Assembly: GCF_006345805.1 (NCBI RefSeq)
Contig: NC_043006.1
Location: 25,978,001-26,042,000, forward strand
Length of the DNA: 64,000 bases
Reading direction: 5' to 3'
DNA from: Octopus sinensis
Taxonomy: Eukaryota
This document shows positions 38,600 through 51,884 of this stretch, piece after piece (the first letter of the stretch is position 1; each line of letters starts with the position of its first letter). Below the pieces are notes generated by a model. That model was not told where the DNA came from, did not search any database, and was given only the letters and a program-made list of their open reading frames with translations. Both the position numbers and the translations under genes were made by a program.

Positions 38600-39344
38600 T
38601 ATTGAAGGGAATATGGAGACTGCTCTCTACTGTAGGAGGTGAATTAGCACAGCCGGTCACTGGTTGCTATGAAAATGGTTAAAGGGGCCAAGGGATTAGT
38701 GTAGGAGTTATGTCCCTTGGTTGGGTATGCTGTGAAGCCGGTAAGAGTTATCTTGACGTGAGCAAAGTGTGTATTATTAATGTGGTGCTCCTATTGGGAT
38801 GGAGTGTGTGTATGTAGCGGTGTCATATGTATAGTTTTTTCGGGGTGTGTAGGTATATATAGCTGTGTTTCTTAGTCTGTTTCCTTTTGGTAAAGGATAA
38901 AGCCGTGAGTGTGTGTGTAAGGGGGTTATATTAGCGTGTGGTGTGTAATGTGTGTGTGTGGGGGGGTATAATTTGTATGAAAGGGTGTGTGTTGGGGGTG
39001 GTGTTTAAATGTACACTGTATTTTATGACTAATACATAGTCTTTGGACTAAATTTTTACATGCTAGGCCACTGGAAATGAAAATTTCTATTAATTTCCAC
39101 TTCCCTTTGATGTGATTAGGTATTATAAGTTTTTGGATAATTTTCGTTTTTTAAAAGTTGGTATTTTTTATTGCCGGCAAAGGACTGCGTCTGCGCAATA
39201 GATTTTGAAAAAAATTAGGATGTATAAACAAGAGGCACACAGTTGATCACCTCGTGTTTATATATTTAAATCTAAGGTGTCCCTGTTGAAAATGATTTCA
39301 CCTCGCAAGTAAAAGTTATTTACTTGCTAAACTAAAATCAGAAA

Positions 39345-41040
39345 CCAATTGGTCCAGCAAATTAGATGGAAGCTGCATCAGTACGGTACAAAATAGGGCC
39401 ACAACTTGAAGAAAATGGCTCATTAACTGCAGACCCCCAGAGGATCAGTGAAATACTGAATATGCAATACAAGAGTGCTTTCACAACTCCACTGGGACAC
39501 TTGCAAATAGCTATGCCTGATGAGTTCTTTGGCTCCACAGATCTACACAACAAAATGATAGCATTAGCATAGAAGAAACTGATGTGATATCAGCCATTAA
39601 TGAGACGAGCTCAAACTCAGCAACAGGCCCTGACAGATTTCCAGCAATCCTCCTGAAGAAATGCAAAAGGGCTCTAGTTAGACCACTTCAGATTCTCTTC
39701 CAGAGCTTCCTCACAACTGAGAGACTTCCCAAAAAGGAAGGCATAATATGCTCTATCTATAAGGGAGGTAGCAGAGCAGATGCTAAGAATTCTAGACCTG
39801 TCTCTCTAACTTCCTATGTCAGCAAAGTCATGGTCTGCATTGTCAGGGAGAAACTAATTGCATTCCTTGAAGATAATGACTTGCTTCCTGACACCCAGTA
39901 TGGCTTTCGCTCAGGCAGCAACACTATGACTGGGTGTTGAAACAATGAATCGCTCAAATGTAGATGTGGTATATCTTGACTTTGCAAAGGCCTTTGATAA
40001 GGTTGATCATGGGATGATATGTCACAAACTACAGAGACTCAGCATAACTGGGAAAACTGGAAAGTGGTTGCATGATTTCTTAAACAACTGAAGCCAAGCT
40101 GTAGCAGCCAATGGAGCCCTCTCCACAGAGACATTAATAGAAAGGGGAGTGTCTCAGGGAACTGTATTGGGACCATTACTGTTCATGGTGGTTCTTTCAA
40201 ACTTGCCATCAGTTACACAGACAGCCACACTTACTAGCTATGCCGACAACATAAAAGTAGTACAAGCCTTCAAGGAACCTTCTGATGTTAATCTTCTGCA
40301 GATGCCATATACAAATGGGCTGAGGACAACAACATACAATGTAATGCAGGCAAATTCCAAGGCCTCCACTGCCAGCTAATTGGTGCTCAGAAATCACAAC
40401 GATACTTTGGACCAAAAGGAGTGGAAATCCAAGAATGGCATATGGCACACAATCTTGGGATTGATATGAGCAACGATGCCTCATTTCACATGAATATCAC
40501 CAAGATGGTGGCAGTGTACAGGTAAATGGACAGATGGATTCTGAGAACCTTCAGAACAAGGGACCAGGAAACTATGCTGGTCTTATGGAGGACATTTGTC
40601 CTCAGCCATCTGGACTACTGCTCTCACCCTACACTGTATGGTTAATAGCAGAACTTGAGGCGGTTCAGAGATACTACATGAGGAAGATTGCATCACTGGA
40701 ACAGCTGAGAGACTGAAAGACCTACAACTCTACTCCCTGGAGTGAAGATGGGAAGGTACGCAATGATATATGTATGGAAGATACTGGAGGGGCTGGCACC
40801 AGACTTTGAAATTATGAGTTATACTAGACCTTGAAAAGGACGTCACTGCACTGTTCCAAAAGTCCCAGCTGTCTCATCTAGGGCAAGGACCATGTACTGC
40901 AATAGTTTGGGATTCAAGGGCCCACAGCTATTTAACTCCTTGACCTCTCACTATCCAAGATCCCAGATGAAACAATATCAAGGCAAGAAACTCAAAAGAA
41001 GGCAGCGATATTGAACTCTCTCCTTCACCAGAAGCCAAAC
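39345..41040 (+). mobile_element. CR1-like LINE ORF2 (RT through 3' end), defective
   Basis: ATGPDRFPAILLK, NSRPVSLTSYVSKVM, QYGFRSG, VDVVYLDFAKAFDKVDH, SQGTVLGPLLF, SYADNIK; frameshifts. Confidence 0.87.
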
Positions 41041-41172
41041 CCATAGAATTGGCCAATTAAAAAGTGATTACAATGGCGGTGCCCCAGCATGGCTGCAGCC
41101 TCAAGGCTGAAACATATAATAACAGAATATGTATATATATAATATATATATATATATGTATATATGCATGTA

Positions 41173-41229
<57 letters not shown>

Positions 41230-41312
41230 ATAGTAGGGGATATAATTCCAAACTTACAGGGAAAAATTCAATTTAGCAATTCTAAATCAAATTTCACAAT
41301 ATATAATATATG

Positions 41313-41410
41313 TATATAATTTAGAGAAAAACCTCCATTAAACAATTCAATAGTGAAAGTCATTGTTCACACTACTGAATTGCTTAATAGAGGATTTTCT
41401 CTAAATTATA
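41313..41410. repeat. Imperfect fold-back (~43-bp arms) between microsatellites
   Basis: tataatttagagaaaaacctccattaaacaattcaatagtg versus cactactgaattgcttaatagaggattttctctaaattata; the upstream flank resembles the flank at 10128-10190. Confidence 0.65.
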
Positions 41411-41451
41411 TACATACATACATACATACATACATACATACATACATACAT

Positions 41452-41508
<57 letters not shown>

Positions 41509-42583
41509 CACATATATACACATACACATACATATATATATATATACATATATATGTATATATATATATATATATATAATATATATATATATATATAAAT
41601 AATTGAAATTCAGTTGAATTAGGTACTTAAGTTGAAGCACCAAGTCAGTTTGGTATTATCAAGATTTTAAGAGTAGTATAAAGTAACTGTCTATAAAGGA
41701 GACGGGGTAGGGGAAGACCCAGATTCAAGATATTAATTACCAGTTAAAGGGGAAGACACTAATAAAACCTATGATATTAATACAGAGGAAATTTTATCAT
41801 GGGGTACAATGGGTGATTGTTTATAAACAATATTGTTATGCTGTATAAAGATAAAATTTAAGATTATCAAAAATGATATCATAACCAAAATAGATAAAAT
41901 TTTCAACATTAAAAAGGAAAGATTACATAGAATTGGTTTAATATTCATTCATATACTTAATTATTTACCTATTAGGTGGTTTCTGTAATGACTACTCAAG
42001 GCATTTACTTATAGAATACTGGAAAAATACACATGATATCTATATATTAATTATAAGCTAAGAATCAGAAAAAAAATAATAAAATATAAAATAAAGCTTG
42101 TGTACAGATACACACACATTTATCTATGTGCACACATGAAAACATACACAAATATTTATAGATTATTATGGATCTATTATAATCAACTCGCATAGAACTA
42201 AGTAACTAGAGAGTATATATCTCTATTTAAAAACAGTAACAACTTATAGGAGATAAGAGATTAATAGGTAAGGATATCAAAATAAGGAAACAAAATTAGA
42301 ATTTATAGAGAATAGTAAGAAATATATATAACATACATTTAAAGAGACAGTATTAAAATTTGAGATAGGGAAGAGATAAAGATAACCCCAAAGAGGAAGC
42401 AATAGGTATGGGAGTAGTGAGGGTAGTTGGAGGTATTCAGACCAAAGAGGTATTTTATAAGTTGCAAAGTTACAGGTGCTATTACATAAATGATTTCATA
42501 GTTTCTTTGGAGTATATAATTAGGAGACTTACTTACATAAAAGCCAATACAAAAATATATGTATATATATATGTGTATATATA

Positions 42584-42619
<36 letters not shown>

Positions 42620-42740
42620 GAAATTTTTAAAATGGGATAAAATCTTAATAGGAAATCTTAAGAAATTATCGAGTAGTTAGCATGAAAAACCTCATAAGAG
42701 AAAAAAACTGTAAATTATTTTCTTTGATAATATTTAATTA

Positions 42741-43154
42741 TATTGTATAGAGGGCATTATTACACATAAATGCCACATGTTAGGAGCGACTCTTAAAGTC
42801 ATAACTACCAAATATAAACACATTGTACAAAATGCAATTCTCAAAGCGAGTAATTTAAAAACAGAATTTAGCTCCATATCACCTGTGATTTCGCAATTAA
42901 CACGTTATACGCGTCCCTTGCTCTTCAGTGAAGCGCATCCAAAATATATCATAAATAAACAAAAGCATCATACCATGTGGACAACCGTCGCCGTCATCAT
43001 AGCATAAGGAAATGCTTACCCATCATACATTTATGTAAATGGTGGGCTCTTTTGAATTGCATTTTGGTACAATGTGTTTATATTTGGTAGTTATGACTTT
43101 AAGAGTCCCTCCTAGCATGTGGCATTTATGTGTAATAATGCCCTCTATACAATA
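42741..43154. repeat. Fold-back unit with ~110-bp inverted arms enclosing a hammerhead
   Basis: tattgtatagagggcattattacacataaatgccacatg... (42741-42850) inverted at about 43045-43154; the right end runs into (TA)n. Confidence 0.88.
42871..42934 (-). ncRNA. Type I hammerhead ribozyme, intact core and all three stems
   Basis: Minus strand GCUUCA-CUGAAGA-GCAA-(GGG-ACGCG-UAUAA-CGUGU-UAA)-UUGC-GAAA-UCAC-AG-GUGA-UA|UGGAGC: 6-bp stem I, stem II with a distal helix, stem III AUCAC/GUGAU; predicted cleavage 3' of 42877. Confidence 0.87.
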
Positions 43155-43214
43155 TATATATATATATATGTATACATATAGATATATATAGATGTATATA
43201 TATATGTATGTATA

Positions 43215-43263
<49 letters not shown>

Positions 43264-43274
43264 ATATATATATA

Positions 43275-43465
<191 letters not shown>

Positions 43466-43517
43466 AACGGTGGTACATCAGCATGGCTGCAGCTCTGACC
43501 TGAAACTAGAAAAAAGA

Positions 43518-43559
<42 letters not shown>

Positions 43560-43689
43560 ATATATGTATGTATATATATTTGTATATATATATGTATATA
43601 TATGTATGTGTATATATATGTGTATATATGTATATATATGTGTTTATATATATGTATATATATATGTGTGTGTGTGTGTGTGTACATAC

Positions 43690-44680
43690 TCGACAGAGTG
43701 TACGTGCCTTGAGACAAAAGTTGAACCTAAGAAGCATCAGTTGTGGTGTGCAAGAGAGACAATTGTGCTGGTATGGTCATGTGGCGAGAATGGATGAAGA
43801 TAGCTGTGTGAAAAAGTGCCACACCCTAGCGGTTGAGGGAACCTGTGGAAGAGGTAGACCCAGGAAAACCTGGGACGAGGTGGTGTAGCACCATCTTTGA
43901 ACATTAGGTCTCACCGAGACAATGACTAGTGACCGAGACCTTTGGAAATATGCTGTGTGTGAGAAGACCCGGCAGGACAAGTTGAGACCATAACCCGTGG
44001 CCTTTACCAGGGATGTAGCCAGCCCACTTATGCATACCTTTCCTTCTTTGGACACAAAACTCTGCTTGCGAAGACCTGTTGAGGCAAGTGAAATCGAAAT
44101 TTAATTCGAAATCAAACCAAATTCGACTGGCACCCATGCCAACTTCCCGTCATTGGACACTAAACTCTGCTTGTGAAGACCTGTTGGGGCAAGTGAAATC
44201 GGATTTGAAATTGAACCAAATTCGATGAATGGTACCCGTGCCAGAGGAGCAGTAACAGCTCCATCCGAGTGGGATCACTGCCAGAGCGGCTGTCTGGCTT
44301 CCGTGCTGGTGGCACGTAAAAACCACTATTTGAGCATGATCATTACCAGCATTGCCTTACTGGCACATGAACAAAACATTCGAGTGAGGTCGTTGCCAGT
44401 GCCGCTGGACTGAGTCCTGTGCAGGTGGCATGAAAAAACACCATTTTGAGTGTGGCCGTTGCCAGTACTGCCAGACTGGCTCTCGTGCCAGTGGCATATA
44501 AAAGCACCCACTACACTCTCGGAGTGGTTGGCGTTAAGCTGGACATCCAGCTGTAGAAACTCTGCCAGATCAGATTGGTGTCTGGCACAACCATCTGGTT
44601 CGCCAGTCCTCAAATCGTCCAACCCATGCTAGCATGGAAAGTGGATGTTAAATGATGATGATGGTGATGATGATGATGAT
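43690..44680 (+). mobile_element. RTE-clade LINE 3' end with long 3' UTR and (GAT)n tail
   Basis: [43 protein letters not shown]; UTR ends caacccatgctagcatggaaag...gatgatgat. Confidence 0.85.
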
Positions 44681-45087
44681 ATATATATGTATATATGTAT
44701 AAAAAAACTGTTATAATGTACCAGCCCGCTCCCTCCAGGATGTATGTGGAACCTTTTATAACTGTGAATGGCCAAAGGTTGGAGACTGTACCTAGATTTA
44801 ATGTGTATAAGCTTGGGTAGGCTCACGAGTCATATAAGGGCATCACATGGTAACAATCATGAATCATTTTAGTAAGTCTTCTTGGCAAAGGCTTTTCTTA
44901 CGTAACGAGGATGCATCAATGATATATATATATGTATGTATATATACATAATATATATATATATATATTTATATAATATACATATATATATACATATATA
45001 TGTATATATATATATGTATATATATATATGTATATATATATATGTATATATATATATGTATATATATATATGTATATAATATATATG

Positions 45088-45129
<42 letters not shown>

Positions 45130-45132
<3 letters not shown>

Positions 45133-45380
45133 TGGCGTCCGTGCCTGTGACACATAAAAAGCACCAACCGATCATGGCCATTGGTAGCCTCCTTCGGCCC
45201 TTGTGCCGGTGGCACATAAAAAGCACCCACTACACTCACGGAGTGGTTGGCATTAGGAAGGGCATTCAGCTGTAGAAATACTGCCAGATCAGATTGGAGC
45301 CTGGTGCAGCCTCCTGGCTTCCCAGACCCCGATCGAACCGTCCAACCCATGCTAGCATGGAAAACGAACGTTAAAAGATG

Positions 45381-45382
<2 letters not shown>
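45130..45382 (+). mobile_element. Second, 5'-truncated copy of the same RTE 3' UTR
   Basis: Colinear with about 44440-44660, ending caacccatgctagcatggaaaac...gatgat. Confidence 0.78.
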
Positions 45383-45434
<52 letters not shown>

Positions 45435-45435
45435 A

Positions 45436-45830
45436 TCAGATCATCCCATAAGTTCTGTCTGAATTTTGAATAAAGAAAACAAGTGATCAAATGTTATATT
45501 TAATTGAAATTTAATCATCAATGTACTTTCCCTGATTATCTATGACTTCCTTCCATCTATTTACAAGCTTTTTAATCTTTCAATGTAAAATTCTTTTGGT
45601 TTCAAAGCAAAGAACTCTGAAATGTCAGTTTCGATCTCCTCCTGGCTTGTGAAATTTATGTCCCTCAAATGATTCTGTAAACTACGAAACAAATGGTAGT
45701 CTGAAGGAGCAAGGTTGGGAGAATAAGGTGGATGAGGAATTCTTTCCCAACCAAGCTCTTCGATCTTCTGTGATGTCATCTTTGCAGTGTGGGGTCGCGC
45801 ATTGTCCTGATGAAACATTACTCCTTTGCA
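45436..45830 (-). mobile_element. Mariner 3' fragment (D,D34D region and one TIR)
   Basis: MFHQDNARPHTAK...HPPYSPNLAPSDYHLFRSLQNHL; terminus near tatcagatcatcccataagttctgtc. Confidence 0.87.
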
Positions 45831-46208
45831 ATCCCACCAGATAGAAGCACCACAGAAATAGTAAATGGTTTATGGCACAAAAGAAATCACTTTAAACTTG
45901 CTGAAATAATATTCAGGATGCCTTTATCTCTACTAAGTCTAGATTCAGATGTGTTACCTAAGATTAATTTTGTGGATCTGATCAAAGACTTTGCAATTCA
46001 AATAAGTAGGAGGAAACCTTTCAAATATAAATAAAGTGGAAGTATACAAAAAATAAACATTATTTTTCCTGTTACTGTTTTGTTTCGTTTTAAAAATAAA
46101 AAATTATTTTATGGTTTGTTATTGTTTATATTTTTAATTACATAATCTTTTATGGGGGCACCAAAATCTTTTAAGTGCTTAGGGCTCGATGGTTCTTAAT
46201 CCAGCCCT
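45830..46208 (+). mobile_element. hAT transposon 3' end (dimerisation-domain remnant and terminus)
   Basis: LSLLSLDSDVLPKINFVDLIKDFAIQISRRKPF* resembles the hATC C-terminus; terminal cttaatccagccctg is hAT-like. Confidence 0.58.
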
Positions 46209-46294
46209 GCTCTGACGAGTTCTACCGTCCTTTGACATGGTCTTACTTTTTGGTTCGTGATATATCCAAAAATTAAAGGAAAATTAAATTTAAA

Positions 46295-46525
46295 GCGGCA
46301 AGTTGGCAGAAACGTTACCGCGTCGGGCAAAATGCTTTGCGGTATTTCGTCTGTCGTTACGTTGTGAGTTCAAATTCCGCCGAGGTCGACTTTGCCTTTC
46401 ATCCTTTCGGGGTCGATAAATTAAGTACCAGTTACGCACTGGGGTCGATGTAACCGACTTAATACCTATGTCTGTCCTTGTTTGTCCACTCTATGTTTAG
46501 CCCCTTGTGGGTAATAAAGAAATAG
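46295..46525 (+). mobile_element. Full-length SINE family B
   Basis: Near-identical to 13401-13630, including the tail gccccttgtgggtaataaagaaata. Confidence 0.88.
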
Positions 46526-47515
46526 GTATATCGAAAAATTATCCTCCTCACCAAGCAAGCACCGAGTTCGTTGGTTTAGTCACAATGCGACAGGTCATAC
46601 GCCGTTACACATTACCAGTATTGCTCGAGAACGACCTGATAAATGCATTACAGCGAATTCAATTTTGAAACTTAGATTTATGAGTCAGAATATATGAGAA
46701 AAATTGAAAGTCACTGTCGTATAGGCAACGACATCATTAGCTGACATTTCCAGTCGTTCAACAAAAAGCAAGCCGCAATTTTATGTTCTGATATCTGACA
46801 TCCTTCATAGGAACCATTTAAATATTACATATTGAAATCATAAGTACTATTTCTAATGAAAACTTTAAAAATGAAAAGGTATTCACACTTGTAACACTGT
46901 AACCACGTGCTTGTAAACACACATAGCTCTAATCCCTACCATTACACACACAAGACGAACGCAAACATACTCATAAAACACATACGATATTCACACATAT
47001 AAAGTAAAACAAAAGTATCTAATACCTTCTAATCAAATCCGATCAATTCATCCTTCCTGCAAAACTTTTCAGTTACAATCTCTCCTAGTATAACAATATA
47101 TGAACATCACTGACATTTCATAGACACACCCTCTTTCAGCTTTAAACAGCTGATATCCTAGTGACGTAATATTTTCATGCCAATTAGTTTTGTCACGTCT
47201 GAACTTGTTTTTTCACGGCACGCTGTTCGAATCGTAAATAGCGGGAAGCATAAATGAAGCTGAAATTAACGTCATTGGCTGACTTTCCCGCCGTTTTGTC
47301 GTACACGAGTAAAAGTCACATGATATATTATTAAGTCATTACACTTGTTACATGCGATTGCGACATAAGTCGGCGGAAAGAAAACCATTGAATATTACTA
47401 CAATAGATATATATGTGCGTCTACACACATAGTGTATACAATTAACTGCATTCACAATATTTTAGCGTACACACACCCATATATATATATTTATGTGTGT
47501 GTGTGTGTGTATACA

Positions 47516-47578
<63 letters not shown>

Positions 47579-47600
47579 ATATATATATTATATATATATA

Positions 47601-47634
<34 letters not shown>

Positions 47635-47704
47635 GGGGGGGGGACACATGCGCCACAGAAACGGGGAAACCGAGCCCATGAGCCTGGTTAGGCTTGAAAA
47701 GGGC

Positions 47705-47741
<37 letters not shown>

Positions 47742-47880
47742 CATACATGCATACATACGCAATGAGTCGAAACAGGGGCAGCTGAAGAAGGGGAACGTTC
47801 TTTGTGTTGTTTGTCTTGTACTCTGTGTTTTCGTTGTTGGCATATATATATATATTATATATATATATATATATTATATA

Positions 47881-49987
47881 CAGAGCTGGGCGTAAGTCCA
47901 TTAATCCGTTAATCGTTAATTAATGAAGTTAACATTTTCCTTAACGATTTGACTTTTAAGTTAACTTTGAAAATCATTTTCAGACTAATTAACTTTTGTT
48001 ACATTTAACATCCGTTAACTCAAGTCCGTTAACCCCAAAATTTCATTAAAAACATCTAAACGTTTAAAAGTTTCTATCGTTTTCAGATTCTCTTATCATA
48101 TGCTTTCAAATATATAACGCCACTTTAGACCTGCCTGGATTTGAAACCAAATCTACCTGCTTGTTACTTGCAAAAACAGCAGGAAATTTCTTTGTCCTCT
48201 CAAGAGGGAACAATGATTGATGTTTCCGCTTGATCCATGACCTCGCTGAGGTGGATGTCAACAAAGAAAATATTGACTTCCATAAAGTGGAAAAAATAAA
48301 TGGAGGGAAAGAAGTTGGTAAATATTTCGGTGTGAACGCAAATAGCTGTTACGTGGTAGAAGGGCATGCTAGATATAGCGGCCAAATTTTTCCAGGAAAA
48401 AGGAGCCATTTTTACGTGATTTCAATGTCAGATTGGTTGAAAAAGCATGCAAAATAACAAGGAAAAGAAAAAAAGACCCGTGAAACAAAACACCTTTGGT
48501 GGGAAACTTCAAGGTCTCCACCATCCATCCCACCTTTTCTGGAAAAAAGTGGCTTGCGGCGTGTTTGGAGGTCTGATACGTTGATTGCATCTAAAAAAAA
48601 AAAAACTGTGGGAAAAATTATTCCACACCAAGGTATGAAATATTTACCGAAAGAATAAAATATTGTACCGATTATACATGTATTTTAATTAATTCAAATT
48701 AATATACCTCATCTTGAAAAGTGGCAAAATTTTAGTCAGTTGCCATCCGAGATAATTTTAGTAACAAATCAAACAGTTAAGATGCATTAATAATTTCAAT
48801 TTTAATGTTTATCCATAATGTTGTTGCTTTAACACCTGTTAATTAAATTTACCTGCCCACAAAAGTCAAATTTACTCAGTAAGATCAGCTAAAATTACAT
48901 AACTATAAACTAGTGGTATATAAAGCACCCACTGACAAACTTTCAAATCCATATGTAAAAAAAATTACAAAGTTACAAGCAAATATTGTGGACACCCCTC
49001 TTGAACCTTAATTCAAAATAATTCAAAATAACGTGAACAAATTAGTATTACATTTGACAGATTAATATGAACACTTAAGATGTTTTTAAGTATTTTGTTT
49101 TTTTCTTACACAGACACATAATACGGCCTCGCTCGGATGGGACTGAATGTGTTTTACTTTGATATCATCATTCCACAAGAAGTGCTAGAAACAATAGCAA
49201 GATCGCCCTTAAGGGCGAAACGTTGTGTTAAGCCGAAAAGTTGTGTTAACAACAAAACAAGATGAGGACAAATATCCATCAAATGTAAATAATGTACATA
49301 ATTCCTTATCTCTTAAATATAGAACTGAAAATGTTTCTCTCGCTGGTTTTAAGTGCGTAGTGAAAATAAAAATGGACAAAATCGTTTCGGACTGGGGTGG
49401 TGAGGGGGTGGCGGGAAAGAAAAAATATAAATTTTCAAAATTTTTTTCTTTTTTTTTTCGTGAAAAGATATTTCCCATCATTCTAAAGACTTTGGTGAAA
49501 CACATTGGAAAGAAATACCTGTCAAAACGGAGAAATTCCAACTTATGTGGGCCGTCTGATCCGAATCTTCATTTTCCAGAAAATCTTTCCCTGTTCATCC
49601 CTTCCAAAAATTTTGCCTACATATTTCTTTGTAATCGTAATCTACACCGTCTGTATACAATTTCATTAAAAGATACCTATTTTACAGAAAGTTATGAGAG
49701 GGAAAATGTCGGGTCTTATGAATTTTCAGAAACTCCTCTCCCCAACCCCTCGAAAAAGTTTTTCTAACAAATCTTTACAGACAGTCAATCTACAGGATAT
49801 AAGCGATTATTTGATGAAAGTTTCGTTGAAAAGTATCCCTTTTTTTTTGGACATTATGAAGCAACAAAATCGGTGAGGTATGCCTTTTTTTTTTCAATAA
49901 AAGTTAATGTTAACGGATTAATGTTAACATCTTTAAAGAATTAACAGATTAATAAAGTTAACTTTCAATTACTGGTGCTCACCTCTG
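47881..49987. mobile_element. ~2.1-kb non-autonomous DNA transposon, copy 2 (inverted relative to 14953-16910)
   Basis: Ends cagagctgggcgtaag... and ...ggtgctcacctctg; shared internal blocks (48230-48590 versus 16200-16690). Confidence 0.72.
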
Positions 49988-50002
49988 TGCGCGTGTGTGT
50001 GG

Positions 50003-50061
<59 letters not shown>

Positions 50062-50135
50062 GGAATGGTCATTTTGCCAGTTAGCCAATAAAAACACGCG
50101 CACTATATATTTGGTGTTAATTTGCTTCAACGTTT

Positions 50136-50543
50136 TATAATCAGAAAATGGAGAAAATCTCAGATCAACAAACAAATCAATTGGACCACATCTAAAGCTT
50201 ATTTAATACAAACATGATATAACATTTATGTGACATAACCATTCTCACAGCTGTTTCCGCTTCCAGGCTTCTTTTCTAGGCCATGTTTTCTTTCCTATTC
50301 CCTCTTCCTTTTGTTTATTTTGGACGCTTTTGTACTAACTCTGACGAAGCTCCGTGTTCTAGTTCAAATGTTCTATGAAGATGAAGAATATTATATTCAC
50401 AATTCTTTGTATGCACTGACTGGCATCGGAAGCGGAAACGGCCGTAAGAATTGTTATGTGATGTTTGTATTAAATAATAAGCTTTAGATGTGTTCCAATT
50501 GATTTGTTTGTTGATCTGGGGTTTTCTCCATTTTCTGATTATA
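50136..50543. repeat. Fold-back unit with ~120-bp inverted arms, each starting in a hammerhead 3' half
   Basis: 50136-50264 is the reverse complement of about 50427-50543 (ggaagcggaaac-NNNN-gt..agaat.gttatgt...ttttctccattttctgattat). Confidence 0.82.
50335..50452 (+). ncRNA. Type I hammerhead-like motif with long stem II insert
   Basis: CUGACGA-A-GCUCCG...CGGAAGC-G-GAAAC-GGCC-GUA|AG; palindromic stem III ACGGCCGU; stem I only about 2 bp. Confidence 0.55.
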
Positions 50544-50720
50544 TATATTTGATTCCAGATAAACTCTTATTTATTCTGTTGTTACCTGTACTCTACGAGC
50601 ATATTGTGCCTGCATACCCAAGCCCATAGATAACGCAAGTAACTGATACCGATAGTAAATACGGACATTATTTTATCCCTTGGTTGGTTATTATAACTGC
50701 TAACTTTGCTTACTTATATA

Positions 50721-50762
<42 letters not shown>

Positions 50763-50931
50763 AATTGAGATAGGGGTTGTAAATGCAACTCTCCATGGGA
50801 TAATATATATCCAATATACTGCTAGTGAAGTACCCAACAAAGTTAATACATAAATGTTAATGATTGCGATGCAATCAATTCATTTACTGTATTATATGGG
50901 CAAAGGTAAAATAATTTACCACAAATTACTA

Positions 50932-51044
50932 ATACAAGATAAGAAAATGGAGAAATACATCTGGTTTAATAAAGTATGTGATTGAGTATTATCTGGTAAT
51001 TGATATTTGATTTAGATGTATTTCTCCATTTTCTTATCTTGTAT
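50932..51044. repeat. Perfect 31-bp inverted repeat
   Basis: atacaagataagaaaatggagaaatacatct (50932-50962) and its exact reverse complement (51014-51044); related to the termini at 50136 and about 5220. Confidence 0.85.
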
Positions 51045-51065
51045 ATATATATATATATATATATA

Positions 51066-51460
51066 TACTAGTAGTATCACCCGGTGTTGCTTGGGTTTGT
51101 TTCGACCCCTTTAGAATTGGAATTTTTGAAGAATAAAAATTTTGCATTATGCAACTTGTTATTCTCTTCAAGTGAACATTTTTCCAGTTGAAATACACCG
51201 AAAAATGGTGACACAGCAGTCAAAAATCGTAAAAAAATAGGGATTTTCATAGAAAAAAAAGCACCTTTTTGATGTAAATAATTTTTGGTTTTAACATGGT
51301 CCGATTTGAATTTTATCTTCTACAGAATGAAGAGCAAGCCTTCTTCTATCATCCTCTCACTTTTTGTCAACTTACGCTGCAGGGTCTCAAAGGAGATAGT
51401 GTTAGTTGAAGGCTACCAAACCCGCCACACACAGACAACTTCAGCTTTATATATATAGAT
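51066..51460 (+). mobile_element. Probable non-autonomous Helitron-type element
   Basis: 5' actagtagtatcacccggtgttgcttgggt (subterminal stem) and 3' cacacagacaacttcagctttatatatatagat; no TIR or TSD; a second similar 3' end at about 51520-51576. Confidence 0.5.
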
Positions 51461-51605
51461 TTGCTACACACTACTTTCCATCCTTAATAATGAAACTTGG
51501 TAGATCCAAAAGTTAAACATAGACACACACACAGATACACACACAGACACACAAGTTGAGTTTTATATATATAGATATATGTATATATAGATGTATGTAT
51601 GTATG

Positions 51606-51636
<31 letters not shown>

Positions 51637-51884
51637 TGAGAAATTTCATTAAAAAATATTTATTTTCTTGAAAGTTAAGACGAATTGAAGTGGACGCCGG
51701 TGAATTTTCCGAAATTCCCCACCCATCCCCTCCTAAAACACTTTCCCATCCCCCAAAAGTTTTGAATAATCGGAATCTACATGATATAACACATATTCAT
51801 TGAAAAAAATTTCATTAAAAAATATAGATTTTTCTGAAAGTTATGATCATAAAGTCGGTGGGGCAGGAATCTGTAGGTATGCCA

